Shown: positions 40,781-51,537 of the stretch, piece by piece | How the letters are laid out: every line of letters starts with the position of its first letter | How positions within the stretch are numbered: the stretch's first letter is position 1 | DNA from: the human T2T-CHM13v2.0 reference genome, Homo sapiens | Direction: 5' to 3' (one strand) | NCBI RefSeq assembly: GCF_009914755.1 | Contig: NC_060929.1 | DNA length: 64,000 nucleotides | Translations under genes and position numbers: made by a program | Notes under the pieces: model-generated | Seen by the model: the letters and a program-made list of their open reading frames with translations, nothing else | Told to the model about the DNA's origin: nothing | The model's database searches: none

Positions 40781-42084
40781 CATTAAATATCTAAGATTCA
40801 GATCCTTCAGTGAGGAAAATAATTATTTCCTTTGGTTTTAATTCACAGAATATTTGAGAATTCTTGTGACTTGTCTTTCCTCTCAGTATATATTTGATTT
40901 CTGAGTTCTAAGTGAGAAAAAATAGAATCTTTCCTTTGTCTCAATCCTTCGCATTTTAATAGATCTGTCAATGTACAATTTCAGAAGCACTTGAAATCTT
41001 GGCGAAATTCTAAAACAGGTAGTCTTCTGCCAGGCCCAAAAACGTGCCCACCAGAGCAAAGAAAAGTAATCCTGCAGGAGTTCGTGGGCACAGGAGAGCG
41101 GCTGTGACCCTCCGCCTCCGCTGCCAGGCGCCCCCTTCGAGGCTTCACCTGCATGGCCCGCAGACCTGCATGACCCAAGGGGTTCGTGGATCATGTGAGG
41201 CTGCCACGAATTAACAATGAACCAAATTCCAGCTTTCTTATTAGAAATTAGATTGCATTTTATCTTAACTTTGAAGCTGTTTGGAGGCATTAATGAGTCT
41301 AGTACCCCAAAGATTGGATTGCCCACTGTGGTCAGGAAATGGGTAGTTTACCGTGTTGTTTTTCCCAGTGACGGAGTCAGCTGACAGTTGTGCGTCCTCT
41401 TACGGGTCCGTGTGGCACCGTTAGGCTGCGACAGTGAGTGCACTACAGCTGCGTGGCCTTCCACATCTCACTACCAACATGCTCTGAAGGCAGCGCCCAA
41501 AACACAGGGAGAGCGCAGGCTCATCAGGACCCAGGCGCGTGTTTTAGAGCATGGCCTTGCCGTGCCACACATAACGCCCACTGTTAATGGCATTAACAGA
41601 GGGCAGGGGCGCCGGGGAGGAGGGGAAGGGTGAAGACGCAGAGAAGTGAGCGAGAGGTCTCAGCAGACGAAGCTGGAGCGCCCACTCATAATTTCCACAT
41701 TGGCCATTGGTGCCTCGCACCTGCTGTTACTCCTCCTTCACCTCCCTGTCCCGGGTCCCCCAGGCTCCCAGAGGCCCTGCCTCTGCAGGGACCCTGCAGA
41801 GACCCTGACTGGGCCTCGGCCCCGCCTCTCCTCTGGATCCTGCTACAGCCTGCGGCCACTCTTGAGGGGCACACGTTCGCCCAGAGTGCTGCTGGCTTCC
41901 CTGGCAAGTACTCTCCTTCCCGGGAATGGGAGTCTCAGGAGACAACTGTGATGAGATGGTCACTATTCAGACCCAGTGCTTCCACCCAGATCTGAGACCT
42001 GGACTTCAGCCATCATGACAACGTCAGATGACTGCGGTTCTCCTCAGTTTCGCCTAAAATTCTCACGGAAGATAAACTCACATA

Positions 42085-42670
42085 TGAACACACAAACTCA
42101 CACACACTCACACTTACACACAGACACACACACTCACACTTGCACACAGGCACACACACACTTGCACAGTCTCAGATACACAATCAAATACATACTCTCA
42201 CACGCTCACACACTCACAGACCACACACACACTCCTGCTCACTCATATACACATTCACAGACGCACTCACAGATACATACACACTCACACACATACACAC
42301 ATGCTCTCACAGACACATGCTCACAGACACACACTCATCCTCACACACACTTTCACAGACACACTCACAGATGCATACACACTCACATACATAAACACGT
42401 TCACACACATGCTCTCACAGACACAACACACTCTCACATACACACTCTCACAGACACGCACTCATGCTCACTCACACTCACACTTTCACAGACACACATA
42501 CATACTCACATATGCTCACACACACTGTCACACACTCATACATACACTCTTACAGACATACACTCATAGACACACTCTCACACACAGACACACAGTCACA
42601 CACAGTCTCACACACTCACAGACAGACACACACACTCTTGCACTCACACTCACATACACACACACACACT
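42085..42670. repeat. Long degenerate (CA)n-based simple repeat (~590 bp)
   Basis: CACA runs interspersed with CT, GA and TA variants (ctcacagacacacac). Confidence 0.95.
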
Positions 42671-42907
42671 TGAGTGCCAGCCTGGCCGCTGCCCTGCATT
42701 AGGCCCACCCAACACACAGCCATACTTTTTCAGCCTCCTGGGATGAGCAGCCTTTCCTGAAATTTCCAGAAGACTCAGGAAGGGTTTCTTGGCAGTGAAG
42801 CGACCCCCCTTCCACCGCACATCCTTCCAAGTCATGCCTATGCTGCTTCATCCATCCAGGACAGCCGGAGCTCTTCAAGGCGTCTTCATTTAAATCAGAG
42901 AGCGCTT

Positions 42908-43112
42908 GAGTTTCCAGCAGAGGCCTGGGCTGCTCTGGCCTGGGGGACCACGAGTGGCACCGACCAGCCCCTGAGTCTCCACCCCGGGCCTGCGGGACCA
43001 CGCTGGGCTCCAGTAGCTTCCCGCTGCTTCTAGGACAAAGACAGGAGGGGGATGTGCAGAGGTGAGAACGAGGTGGCCTTGGAGGGGCCCCTCCAGCCTC
43101 CCCTTCCACTGG
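42908..43112. repeat. Left arm of a diverged inverted repeat
   Basis: Matches the reverse complement of 43956-44143 (tctccaccc.gggcctg.gggaccacgc; aagacaggaggg; ggaggggcccct). Confidence 0.88.
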
Positions 43113-43409
43113 ACCCCGGCCTGCTCTGCACCTCACCCGGCCTCCAGCGCCCGCAGCACAAAGCTCCAGGCCTGCCCCGACCCCTGCCCAAGCCCCAACC
43201 TACGTCAGAGCTTCTGGACCAGCAGGGCCCTGCTTTCCAGCCTTCTCCGCAGATGCACTTAGAGGCTCCCAGGAAATACTCCCTGAACGGGGGTCGAACA
43301 AATGACGGAGCTGCTCTCACGGCTCCCAAACCAGCGAATTTTCAGATTCATTTCTGGAGACCTAAAGAACTTCATTAAATACTTTCACTATCAATAATAT
43401 CTTAGCATT

Positions 43410-43456
43410 TGCAAAAAAATAAAATAAAATAAAATAAAAATAAAAAATAAAAAAAA
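43410..43456. repeat. A-rich (AAAAT)n tract
   Basis: Read directly from the sequence. Confidence 0.85.
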
Positions 43457-43955
43457 GCATGGCTTATCTGGTAATAAAATACATAAGAAATGAAAATTCA
43501 TATACTTTAAATGGAATTGCCTTTGTCCTTTTTGAATAAGTATTTTTCTGAAAATTGAAAAGAAAAGGAACACTGGGGTTCCTGTCTCCTGTGATCCACA
43601 TGGTCACACTACAGTCAAGTGAGATGTAAAGCCAAAAGCTCTGCTTTAGAAATACAACCCCCACCTAGGGCCTGGGTGCTGCCATCTCAGGCTGCAGGGA
43701 TCACAAGGCCCTCTGCGTCTGTGCTCATTCACCTAAGAACGTCAGGGCTGGTTTCATTAGCTTCATCTTGCCCACCCAAGAGTCCCTAGCTGGCCCGAGC
43801 AAGCCCTTTAGAGGCCCAGAGGGGACAGTCACTCTCACCAGGGGTGGTCCTTCCCCACCATTTGTGGGAACAGGGTTCTGGGCAGGGCTTGTGACATGTC
43901 GTGTCAGACTCTTTAGTGACTACTGGCTGCCCACCGCCGTCTAGGACTCCACTTG

Positions 43956-44143
43956 CAGTGGACACTCCAGGCTGGAGAGGGGCCCCTCCTAGGGCACCTC
44001 ATCCTCATCTCTGCGCACCTCCCTCCTGTCTTCAGCCCACAGCCAGTGGGAAGCCGTCTGAGAGCCCCGCGTGGTCCCACAGGCCCAGGGTGGAGATGCA
44101 GAGGCTGCCGGCCACCCTCTGGGAGGGCCTTTGGTGGACACTC
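43956..44143. repeat. Right arm of the diverged inverted repeat
   Basis: Reverse complement aligns colinearly with 42908-43112. Confidence 0.88.
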
Positions 44144-46290
44144 CCTTTCCTGTTGAGTGAGCACGCCCTGGGCTGAGGCAGGGCCACACCAGGGTGCGGC
44201 GGGGAGGCAACTGGAATTCCCCGGGGGCATCCAGCACGTGGGCATGTGATTGTGTTTTAAATATGTGTGGAAACCTGCATTTGTAAGGGTTCTTTGCAAA
44301 CGTGGATACCTTCCCCTCCCTCACAGGTCATCTTTACTGCCTATGCTGATGGTTCCCATCAGCATGTGCCCATGTTTCCATTATTAATGGGAAACCTTCA
44401 TGACTGCAGACTAAATGGAAAAAGATATGAGCTACTTCATAAAAATTCTCAATTGCAGATACTTTTAAAAGCAGGCAATTTTATTATTTTCAAGAATTTA
44501 CAGTAATTACTATTAGGCTTAAGGCATATTAAGTAATCCCAATGTTCAGATGACTTAAATTAACAAATATGTAAATGTGATTCAAAAAGCCTATAATAAA
44601 ACTAAAAATAGAATGAACAAGAACAAAGTAAGCAATGTATGCGCTAAGCCACCGGGTGCGGTGTTTTCTGCGTGTTGCTATTTCCCTGAAGAATCAACAA
44701 GGTTTATAGCTTTTAAGTTGCTTAATTGGTAAAGAAAGGCAGAAAGCTTGGTGACTCTGGAGAAAATGTGCTGCTTTTCTTTTCAAGGAGAGTTCTACAG
44801 CTTCATGAGTACAACCAATAATCTTCTTGTCGTCATTCTTAAGTTTTTCAAAATTAACTCATTAGCATAGATTACACAACACCAGAAATACCCCAGGAAA
44901 AGACACCCCAGCACATCTCCCTGAAGATTATCCTGCCCCAGCAGTTTCACTTTACAGATTTCACCAGGTGAGCCTGAAAATGAAAAAAGCCATTTCCCTT
45001 CCAAGGTGACATCTGTCCCTGAGCAGAGTGAATCATATGGGCAAAGAATTGTTCCTAAAATCCTGGAGTCCTTCCCATCACGGCTGGCAAGCCGGCTGCC
45101 CCTTTTGCCAGGAATATTTCCCAGGGTCTGGATCAAATAGAGAAGGGACACACTCAGACTTCCAGAGGTAAACGGCCAAGCATAGCTGGGGAGAAGACAC
45201 TAACCCAGCCCCAAAAGCTAGAGGCCACAAAGACAGCGCTTCCCAGGCAGCACCAGGCAGTTGGAGCAGAATCCACCAGGAGAGCGTGAATCCCCGCTCC
45301 AGAGCCGCACTTTCAAGAAATTATCATCAAAACGGTAAATAGGTGAATGGGATGTGAAGGTAGCTTGGTCATTCAACAGCATCTATCAAAAGCCCGTAAG
45401 CCACTGGGACTCTACCCTTCAGGGGACTAGAATTTGGTGGTCCTAAGGGGCCCTACCAATCAACAGTCATAATCAACTCTCAGGCTGTCAGGCGTATGCA
45501 AACTGAGCAGACTGGGCAAAGCTGTGATGCCTTTCCAGGTGGGTTTCTTCCCCTGTTCATGGTAGATGATATAAGAAAACTTTCCTCATTCTTCCGGGTG
45601 CTGCTCAAAATCCTGTACAGACTCCATGGCCACAGTAAAAACTCAGGAACAATCCAAGTCTGCAAGACAGAAATGGTGGTGGAAACAGGTGCTTCATTCT
45701 GCAAAGCCCTGGACGCTCGTGCCCTCTTGTCTCTCCCTACTGGCAGCATGGTATCCCCAGAAACTTCTCAGAAATGCACAGTCCCAGGCCTGCCCCAGAT
45801 CTGCTGAGTAATCTGAACTCGCATGTTCACGAGCTTCCCAGAAGGTTCTTGTGCATGTTGAAGTTTGGGAAGTACAACTCCAGTCCATCAGGATAAAGCC
45901 TGCTCAGCACCAACAAAGCTTGCAAACAGAGCAATGGCTTCCCCACACATTCCCTTCATGGGATGTCATAACACAAACAAGACGAGGCAAAATCCTCCCT
46001 GCAACACATAGGGGACCACATTGCCACCTGGCAGCATTTCTGTGAGAGTGGGTGTCCACTCAGTGCTCCAGCATCGTGCCCTGACCACTTCCCGTGACCC
46101 TGCAGCCTGTGCATATCTGACTCGAATCCTGGCTCCCCTCACGCTGCATTTTCTGAGTTCTTGTTACTGCCCACATGGTGCCCAGAACATCATGTGTACA
46201 GATTGAAGCTTCCTGAGAAAACGTTCATGGGGAACCTGGTAAGGTGGTAGCAGGGGTAGGAAGGTTGTGCATGAAGCCACACACTCAAAA

Positions 46291-46811
46291 GATGCCACGG
46301 GTCCCAAGACTGCTGCCAGGGGCAACGATTCACCAGGAGGACACCCAGGACTCAGCGTAAAGTCTAACTCACAGTTCCAGTTTCTTACAGGGAAAAGACA
46401 CAAAACAAAAGCAACAAAAGGGAAAGACACGTGGAATGAAGTCCAGGGTGAAACAGGTGTGAGCTTCCCAGGGTCCCTTCCCAGTGGAGTCACCCAGGAC
46501 ACGCATCCTCCCTCCAGCAATGAGTTGTGCCAGCATGTGTAAAATATTGTCAACCAGGGATGCTCATCAGGCACTTCACGCCCAGGATTTTCATTGGAGG
46601 CTGCCCACATAGGTACCCTCTGCCTAGCATGTACCAAAATTCCAGACTGTGAAAAGGTTACAGCATGAACACGTTGCTTGTACAAGCAGTTTGGGCACAG
46701 CAAGCCACTCTTATCAGTTAGCGTGACGAAGCCCATCAGAAATCCACGTTTCAAGACATCAGCCAAGGTCCACACTCGCAAGCTGGTCTTCTAGGATTAA
46801 CTGCGTGCACA
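46291..46811 (-). mobile_element. Solo ERVL-class LTR (MER68-like)
   Basis: Matches recalled MER68 antisense consensus: ggtcccaagac...ggactcagc...cccagtggagtcac...accctctgcctagcatgtaccaaaattccagact...agccactcttatcagttag...tgcaca. Confidence 0.85.
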
Positions 46812-49460
46812 GGTGCCTTAATTTTTTCAAGACATTTTAGAATATGGTGATTATTATATATTCATCATTCAGTTTTACATTGAAATTGTAGGAAACTAAG
46901 TTACGTAATGCCAAAGAAATCCTTAATAATAATGGGTTTGCAAGTGAGCAAAAATATTTAGGGGTGGGTTTTCTACTCCATGTCTCTCTCCCTTCTATAG
47001 CCTCCACCTCATAATTTATAATAATACCACATCTGTAATTAAAGCGTAACTCTTGGAAACTAGACGGAAGCCCTAGTATCCAGAAATTCCCAACATGATA
47101 ACTTGGTGGACCTGTTAACTATATGGACCTCTTCAAAGCTATTTATCTAAAGGAGAGAAATTCTTGGTCCCCTTAGTTGCAGTCACTAAGCCCTTGAACA
47201 CCACCCTCCACGGCGGTGATCTACAACCCTAGCCTTCAGAGACAGTAATTACCACGTCAAAGGTGATTTTGCAAAGTTTGAAAGTAACTGCCATTGACCA
47301 TACACTTTTTTAACGTCATTCATAATAAAAATCGATCTTGATTTCATCGCATGCTCAAAGCCAACTGTGAAGTCTTCACAGTGAAATCCTAGTTTTCATC
47401 CCATTATCAAGGACCCAAGACCATGGGTGGATACAGTGAAACTCACCGATACCCTGTACTCAATTAATGCAGAAGGCACAATGACATGAACCTATTTTAA
47501 TATCTTCTGACCAGCCCAAAGATTGACATCATTAGACAAGACCCAAGCCAGAGAAAACGGGTATTGGTTAAGTAAGAATGTTAATCACCATGGAAACTAA
47601 ACCACATTCTATGCTTCGGGTTCCCCCAGTGCTGCTCACATTTCAGTTAATGTGTGAGAAATATGGAGATTGCTGGTGAACTCATAAATGTTTCCAAGAA
47701 CAGGCATGTTTCTATAGTTCATCTTCACATAAGGCTGCTTGGACATGCTGTCTCTAATTTCTTTCCAAATGTAAATGAAGTCTGCAGTCATCAAACCCAG
47801 GCAGGCACGATCTGATCAGATATTAACTTGAAACCCACCTGAGCGTCCTGTGCCTGGTGACCTGTATGAACAGGGGGCGAGGAGAAGACCCACATTTCTT
47901 TCTGTCTGAAATGTTGCCCCCTCAGTCAGAGGAGATGGCCAGAGCAGGGAGGGTAGGAGTGGCCATAGGGCACTAGCCCAGAGTGTAAGGAGCATTGCCT
48001 GTCCTGGCTGGAGAAGACCACCAAGCTGTAGGGCCTGAGCGCAGGTTGGACGTGCTCCAGGGAACCTCCACGCAGCCCAGCTTTGACCAATGCTCAGCAT
48101 GATCTGTGTCATGTTATGGACCAGCCAGAGGTGAGGTCTGGCTCGTTGCAGACAAAAGCACCCCAAGGACTCACCTCTTCGCCTCATACTCTGCAACCTG
48201 TATTTACAGAGTCAACACTGGGTCAGGTTACTCAGCCAATGCTGTCACCTTAGGTGACATCTCTCCTCTACTAACCGATGAAAATGTATCTGTTATTTGG
48301 CCAAGGTTCTTTGCTTTTGAGATTAAAGGTTCAAAATGTTCTAAAGGGGCCTTTCCTCTTGAAAAAAATATGCCATGTTCCCTCCAGAGTATCAGAATGA
48401 ACCTTTAGAAAAGATGCTAACCACCATGATATAGGATGTGGAATGCATCACTCTAATTTTCCCTTTGACCAGCCGTTTTTGCCATCTGAAACTTATATGG
48501 TTTAAAAATAAATACGTATTTTTTTTAGAAGTGAAAAAAAAAAAGAGTGCTTCTAGGCAATTGTAAAGAGCTTCTTTATGGCACGACATAAGCGAGCCAA
48601 TGCTAAGCAGACCCAAAGGCTGCTCTGGAGCTCAGAGGCAGTGGGCAGGTCGTGGCAGGTGTTTGCCTGCAAGTAGGTCACCAAAAGCCAGGGCAAATCA
48701 GGACACTTCTGTGAGCTGTACAAATGAACCCGATCAAACCTTGTAGGCAGAGATATCTATCAGGACGGCAGCACTCTGTGCACAGGGTAATTGCCGCTCC
48801 TGGAGCTGGAAGAAAAACCCAGTGGCTGATTCAAAAAGGGACAAAAATCTCATCTAGAGGAGACCCTGGTGGAGCTCTTGATTCAGTGTCGAGCCATGTC
48901 CTTGGGGAAAGCTGAAGGATCCTTCAAAATGCACAGAGCATGAGACTGTCACTCAAGGACTCCTCATAATCAGGAGATTTAAAATGACGTGTTCCCAGAG
49001 TTGCAGGATGCAGCGAGAGGAGGGGCTTCAAGCCTTTCCCTCTGAGGTCTCCCAGCAAGGGGCCATGCCATGGGGGAGGGTCCCAGAGCCCACCCTGGCC
49101 TCACCCAGAGGAATCCCTCTGTGTATGTACAGATTGAGTTTCCAGGTAAGATATGATTTGACCAAGGGGTTCAACAAAAATATATTACTCCATTTCCCAA
49201 ATCAGGAAGGGAATTCCTGTCCTGCCTGGGCAAGAAGATCTGGAACTCAGCTCTTTCCACTCAAGCATGAAGTTCGTTTGAGGAGGACAACCTGTGCTTG
49301 AGGCAGGAGGCTGAGTCTGCCCAGGGGACAAGTCCAAGGAGAGGTTGGAGGACGTGTCCATCACAGCAGAGGCCAAGTGGGTATGAACAATCATTGTCTG
49401 ACCTGGAGGTCGTTTTTGTTTTATGTATCCTTTGCTCTTTCTTCTTTCAGTCTATGATGA

Positions 49461-50020
49461 TGTGGTAGGGCAAAATGAGAGCCCCGAGGATGTCCGTCCA
49501 GGCAGTCATTCTCAGGAACCTGGGCGTGTGTGGCGCTAAATGGCCAAAGGGAGTTTGCAGAGGTAATTACATTTACAGGCCTTAAGATAGGGAGATCCTT
49601 CTGCATTATCCTGGTGGGCCCAGTCTCACCAATCTCATCCCTGGATCCCTTAGAAACAGAGAACTTTCTCTGGCTGGAGGGAGAAAAGAAACATCAGAAG
49701 AGAAGGCTGGAGAGATTTAAAGCATGGGAGGAGAATCCTGCCTCTCGCCATTGCCAGAGAGGCCATGTGGAGGGCATGAAGGAGAATGTGGATGCCCTTT
49801 AGAAGCAATGACTGTCCCTTGTCTGGTAGACTGCAAGAAAATGGGGACCTTACGCCAGCAACTACAAGATCCTAAATGCAACTGACAACCCAAATGAACT
49901 TGGAAGTGGGTTCATTTCAAGAGCCTCCAGAAAGAAAAGTTGCCATCTGTGATTTCAAATTACTGACATTTATTATTGTTTGTTATCACAGAACAACTTT
50001 GCTTACCATGAATGATACCA
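49461..50020 (+). mobile_element. MaLR LTR (MLT1D/MLT1E-like)
   Basis: Starts tgtggtaggg; has ccttaagatagggagat...attatcctggtgggccca, gcaagaaaatggggacct and aatgaacttggaag...agagcctccagaaag. Confidence 0.85.
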
Positions 50021-50520
50021 GAATCAGTGCCAGAAGTGGGGTGCTAGCATAAGAGACAATCTAAAATATGTGGCATGGCTTAGGGGACAGGTATCAGCTG
50101 ATGAGGAAATTGGTATTCAAGCCTGTGAGGCTGTTAACGCATCTTATGAATTTTACCACATCTCACGAAATAGCAAACTATTAGATGAATCCTTCACCTA
50201 TGATAACTTGGGTGATACATAATATACCTACTAGATGTGCTGCTGTATGGGAAGAGATTGAATGTTGGTCATTTAGCAGCATGTGCTAATTATTGTTAAT
50301 AAGATTCTACAGAAAAGATTTGAGCTCAGAAAATAAAGTAAGGAATAGAGAGTCTAGAAATTAGAGAGCTTTTAGAGTTGGAAGGTATAACTTCTTCTCA
50401 TCAAAGACATGGTCATCACATCCTTTGTTAAATTTTCTGAATAGATTCGGATATCTCAGGGCAAGGATCATGCTTTCAACTAGTCAAAATGTCTTGGGGA
50501 CAACACTAAAGGTCTTCCAC
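50021..50520 (+). mobile_element. MLT1 internal sequence fragment
   Basis: Directly follows the LTR and begins gtgccagaagtggggtgct...ctaaaatatgtgg, as MLT1-int does. Confidence 0.65.
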
Positions 50521-50534
50521 CAATCTCAGTAGAA

Positions 50535-51330
50535 TGGAGACATGAAGTGTTATCTCATTGTGATTTTGATTTGCATTTTCATGATGGTTGGTGATGTTGA
50601 GCATATTGGTGATGCTTGGTGATGTTGGTGATGGTTGGTGATGTTGAGCATATTGGTGATGCTTTGTGGTCTTCATGACCTTTGTGATGTTCATGATGTT
50701 GGTGATGGCTGGTGATGTTGGGCATATTGGTGATCTTGGTAATTGTTGGTGATGTTGGGCATATTGGTGATGTTTGGTAATATCGGTGATGGTTGGTGAT
50801 GTTGGGCATATTGGTGATGCTTGGTGATGTTGGAGATGGTTGGTGATGTTGAGCATATTAGTGATGCTTGGTGGTCTCGGTGATCTTGGTGATATTGGTG
50901 ATGGTTGGTGATGCTTGGTGATGTTAGTGATGTTGGTGATGGTTGGTGATGTTGAGCATATTGGTGATGCTTGATGATCTTGGTGATCTTTGTGATGTTC
51001 ATGATGTTGGTGATGGTTGGTGATGTTGGGCATATTGGTGATGCTTGGTGATCTTGGTGATGTTGGTGATAGTTGGTGATATTGGTGATAGTTGGTGATA
51101 TTGAGCATCTACAAATGTTCTTGTTGGCCATTTTTATATCTTCTTTGGAGACACGTCTATTTAAGTTCTTTGGCTGTTTTTTAAAACCAAGTTGTTTGTT
51201 TCTTTTTGTAGGAATTCTTCATACATTCTAGATATTAATCTCTTATCAGATATATAAGTTGCAAATGATTTATCCTATTCCATGGTTGGTTGTCTTTTAC
51301 TCTGTTGAATGTCCTTTTATGCATATAGAG
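50535..51330 (-). mobile_element. Old L1 (L1MA/L1MB/L1MC-type) ORF2 fragment containing an expanded minisatellite
   Basis: tatctcattgtgattttgatttgcatt lies before the array and ttgttggccatttttatatcttctttggag...tctagatattaatctcttatcagatatat after it; these are contiguous L1 antisense sequence. Confidence 0.85.
50582..51108. repeat. Minisatellite of TTGGTGATG-like subunits (~530 bp)
   Basis: Recurrent gatggttggtgatgttg(a/g)gcatattggtgatgcttggt. Confidence 0.95.
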
Positions 51331-51384
51331 ATTTAGTGTGTATGTAAAAGAGTTGTCCTCACAAAGAAACTATAAACTGGGATT

Positions 51385-51470
51385 AAAAGACTCTGTATAA
51401 ATAATATGAGATTATGCATGCATAACTCTTGGCACAGCACCTGACATACTGTTGTGTTCAATAGGTATTA
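51385..51470 (+). mobile_element. MIR 3' end relic
   Basis: atgagattatgcatg...cttggcacagcacctgacatac...ttcaataggtattag. Confidence 0.55.
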
Positions 51471-51537
51471 GTTTTAGTGTATATATACATTTGAATAATT
51501 TGTATTAGTTTTAGTGTATATATACATTTGAATAATT
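51465..51537. repeat. Perfect tandem duplication, 37-bp period
   Basis: gtattagttttagtgtatatatacatttgaataatt at 51465-51500 and 51502-51537. Confidence 0.93.

Noticed and set aside
41976-42702. His/Thr-rich ORFs (197 aa, 133 aa and others)
   Set aside because: They are translations of the (CA)n repeat, which lacks stop codons.
46164-46781. 205-aa ORF as a retroviral or cellular gene
   Set aside because: Lies almost entirely within a MER68-like solo LTR and shows no gag/pol/env motifs.
50506-51131. Repetitive 200-aa and 146-aa minus-strand ORFs (ITNHHQ/PTSP repeats)
   Set aside because: Artefact of the CATCACCAA minisatellite inside an L1; frames shift between units.
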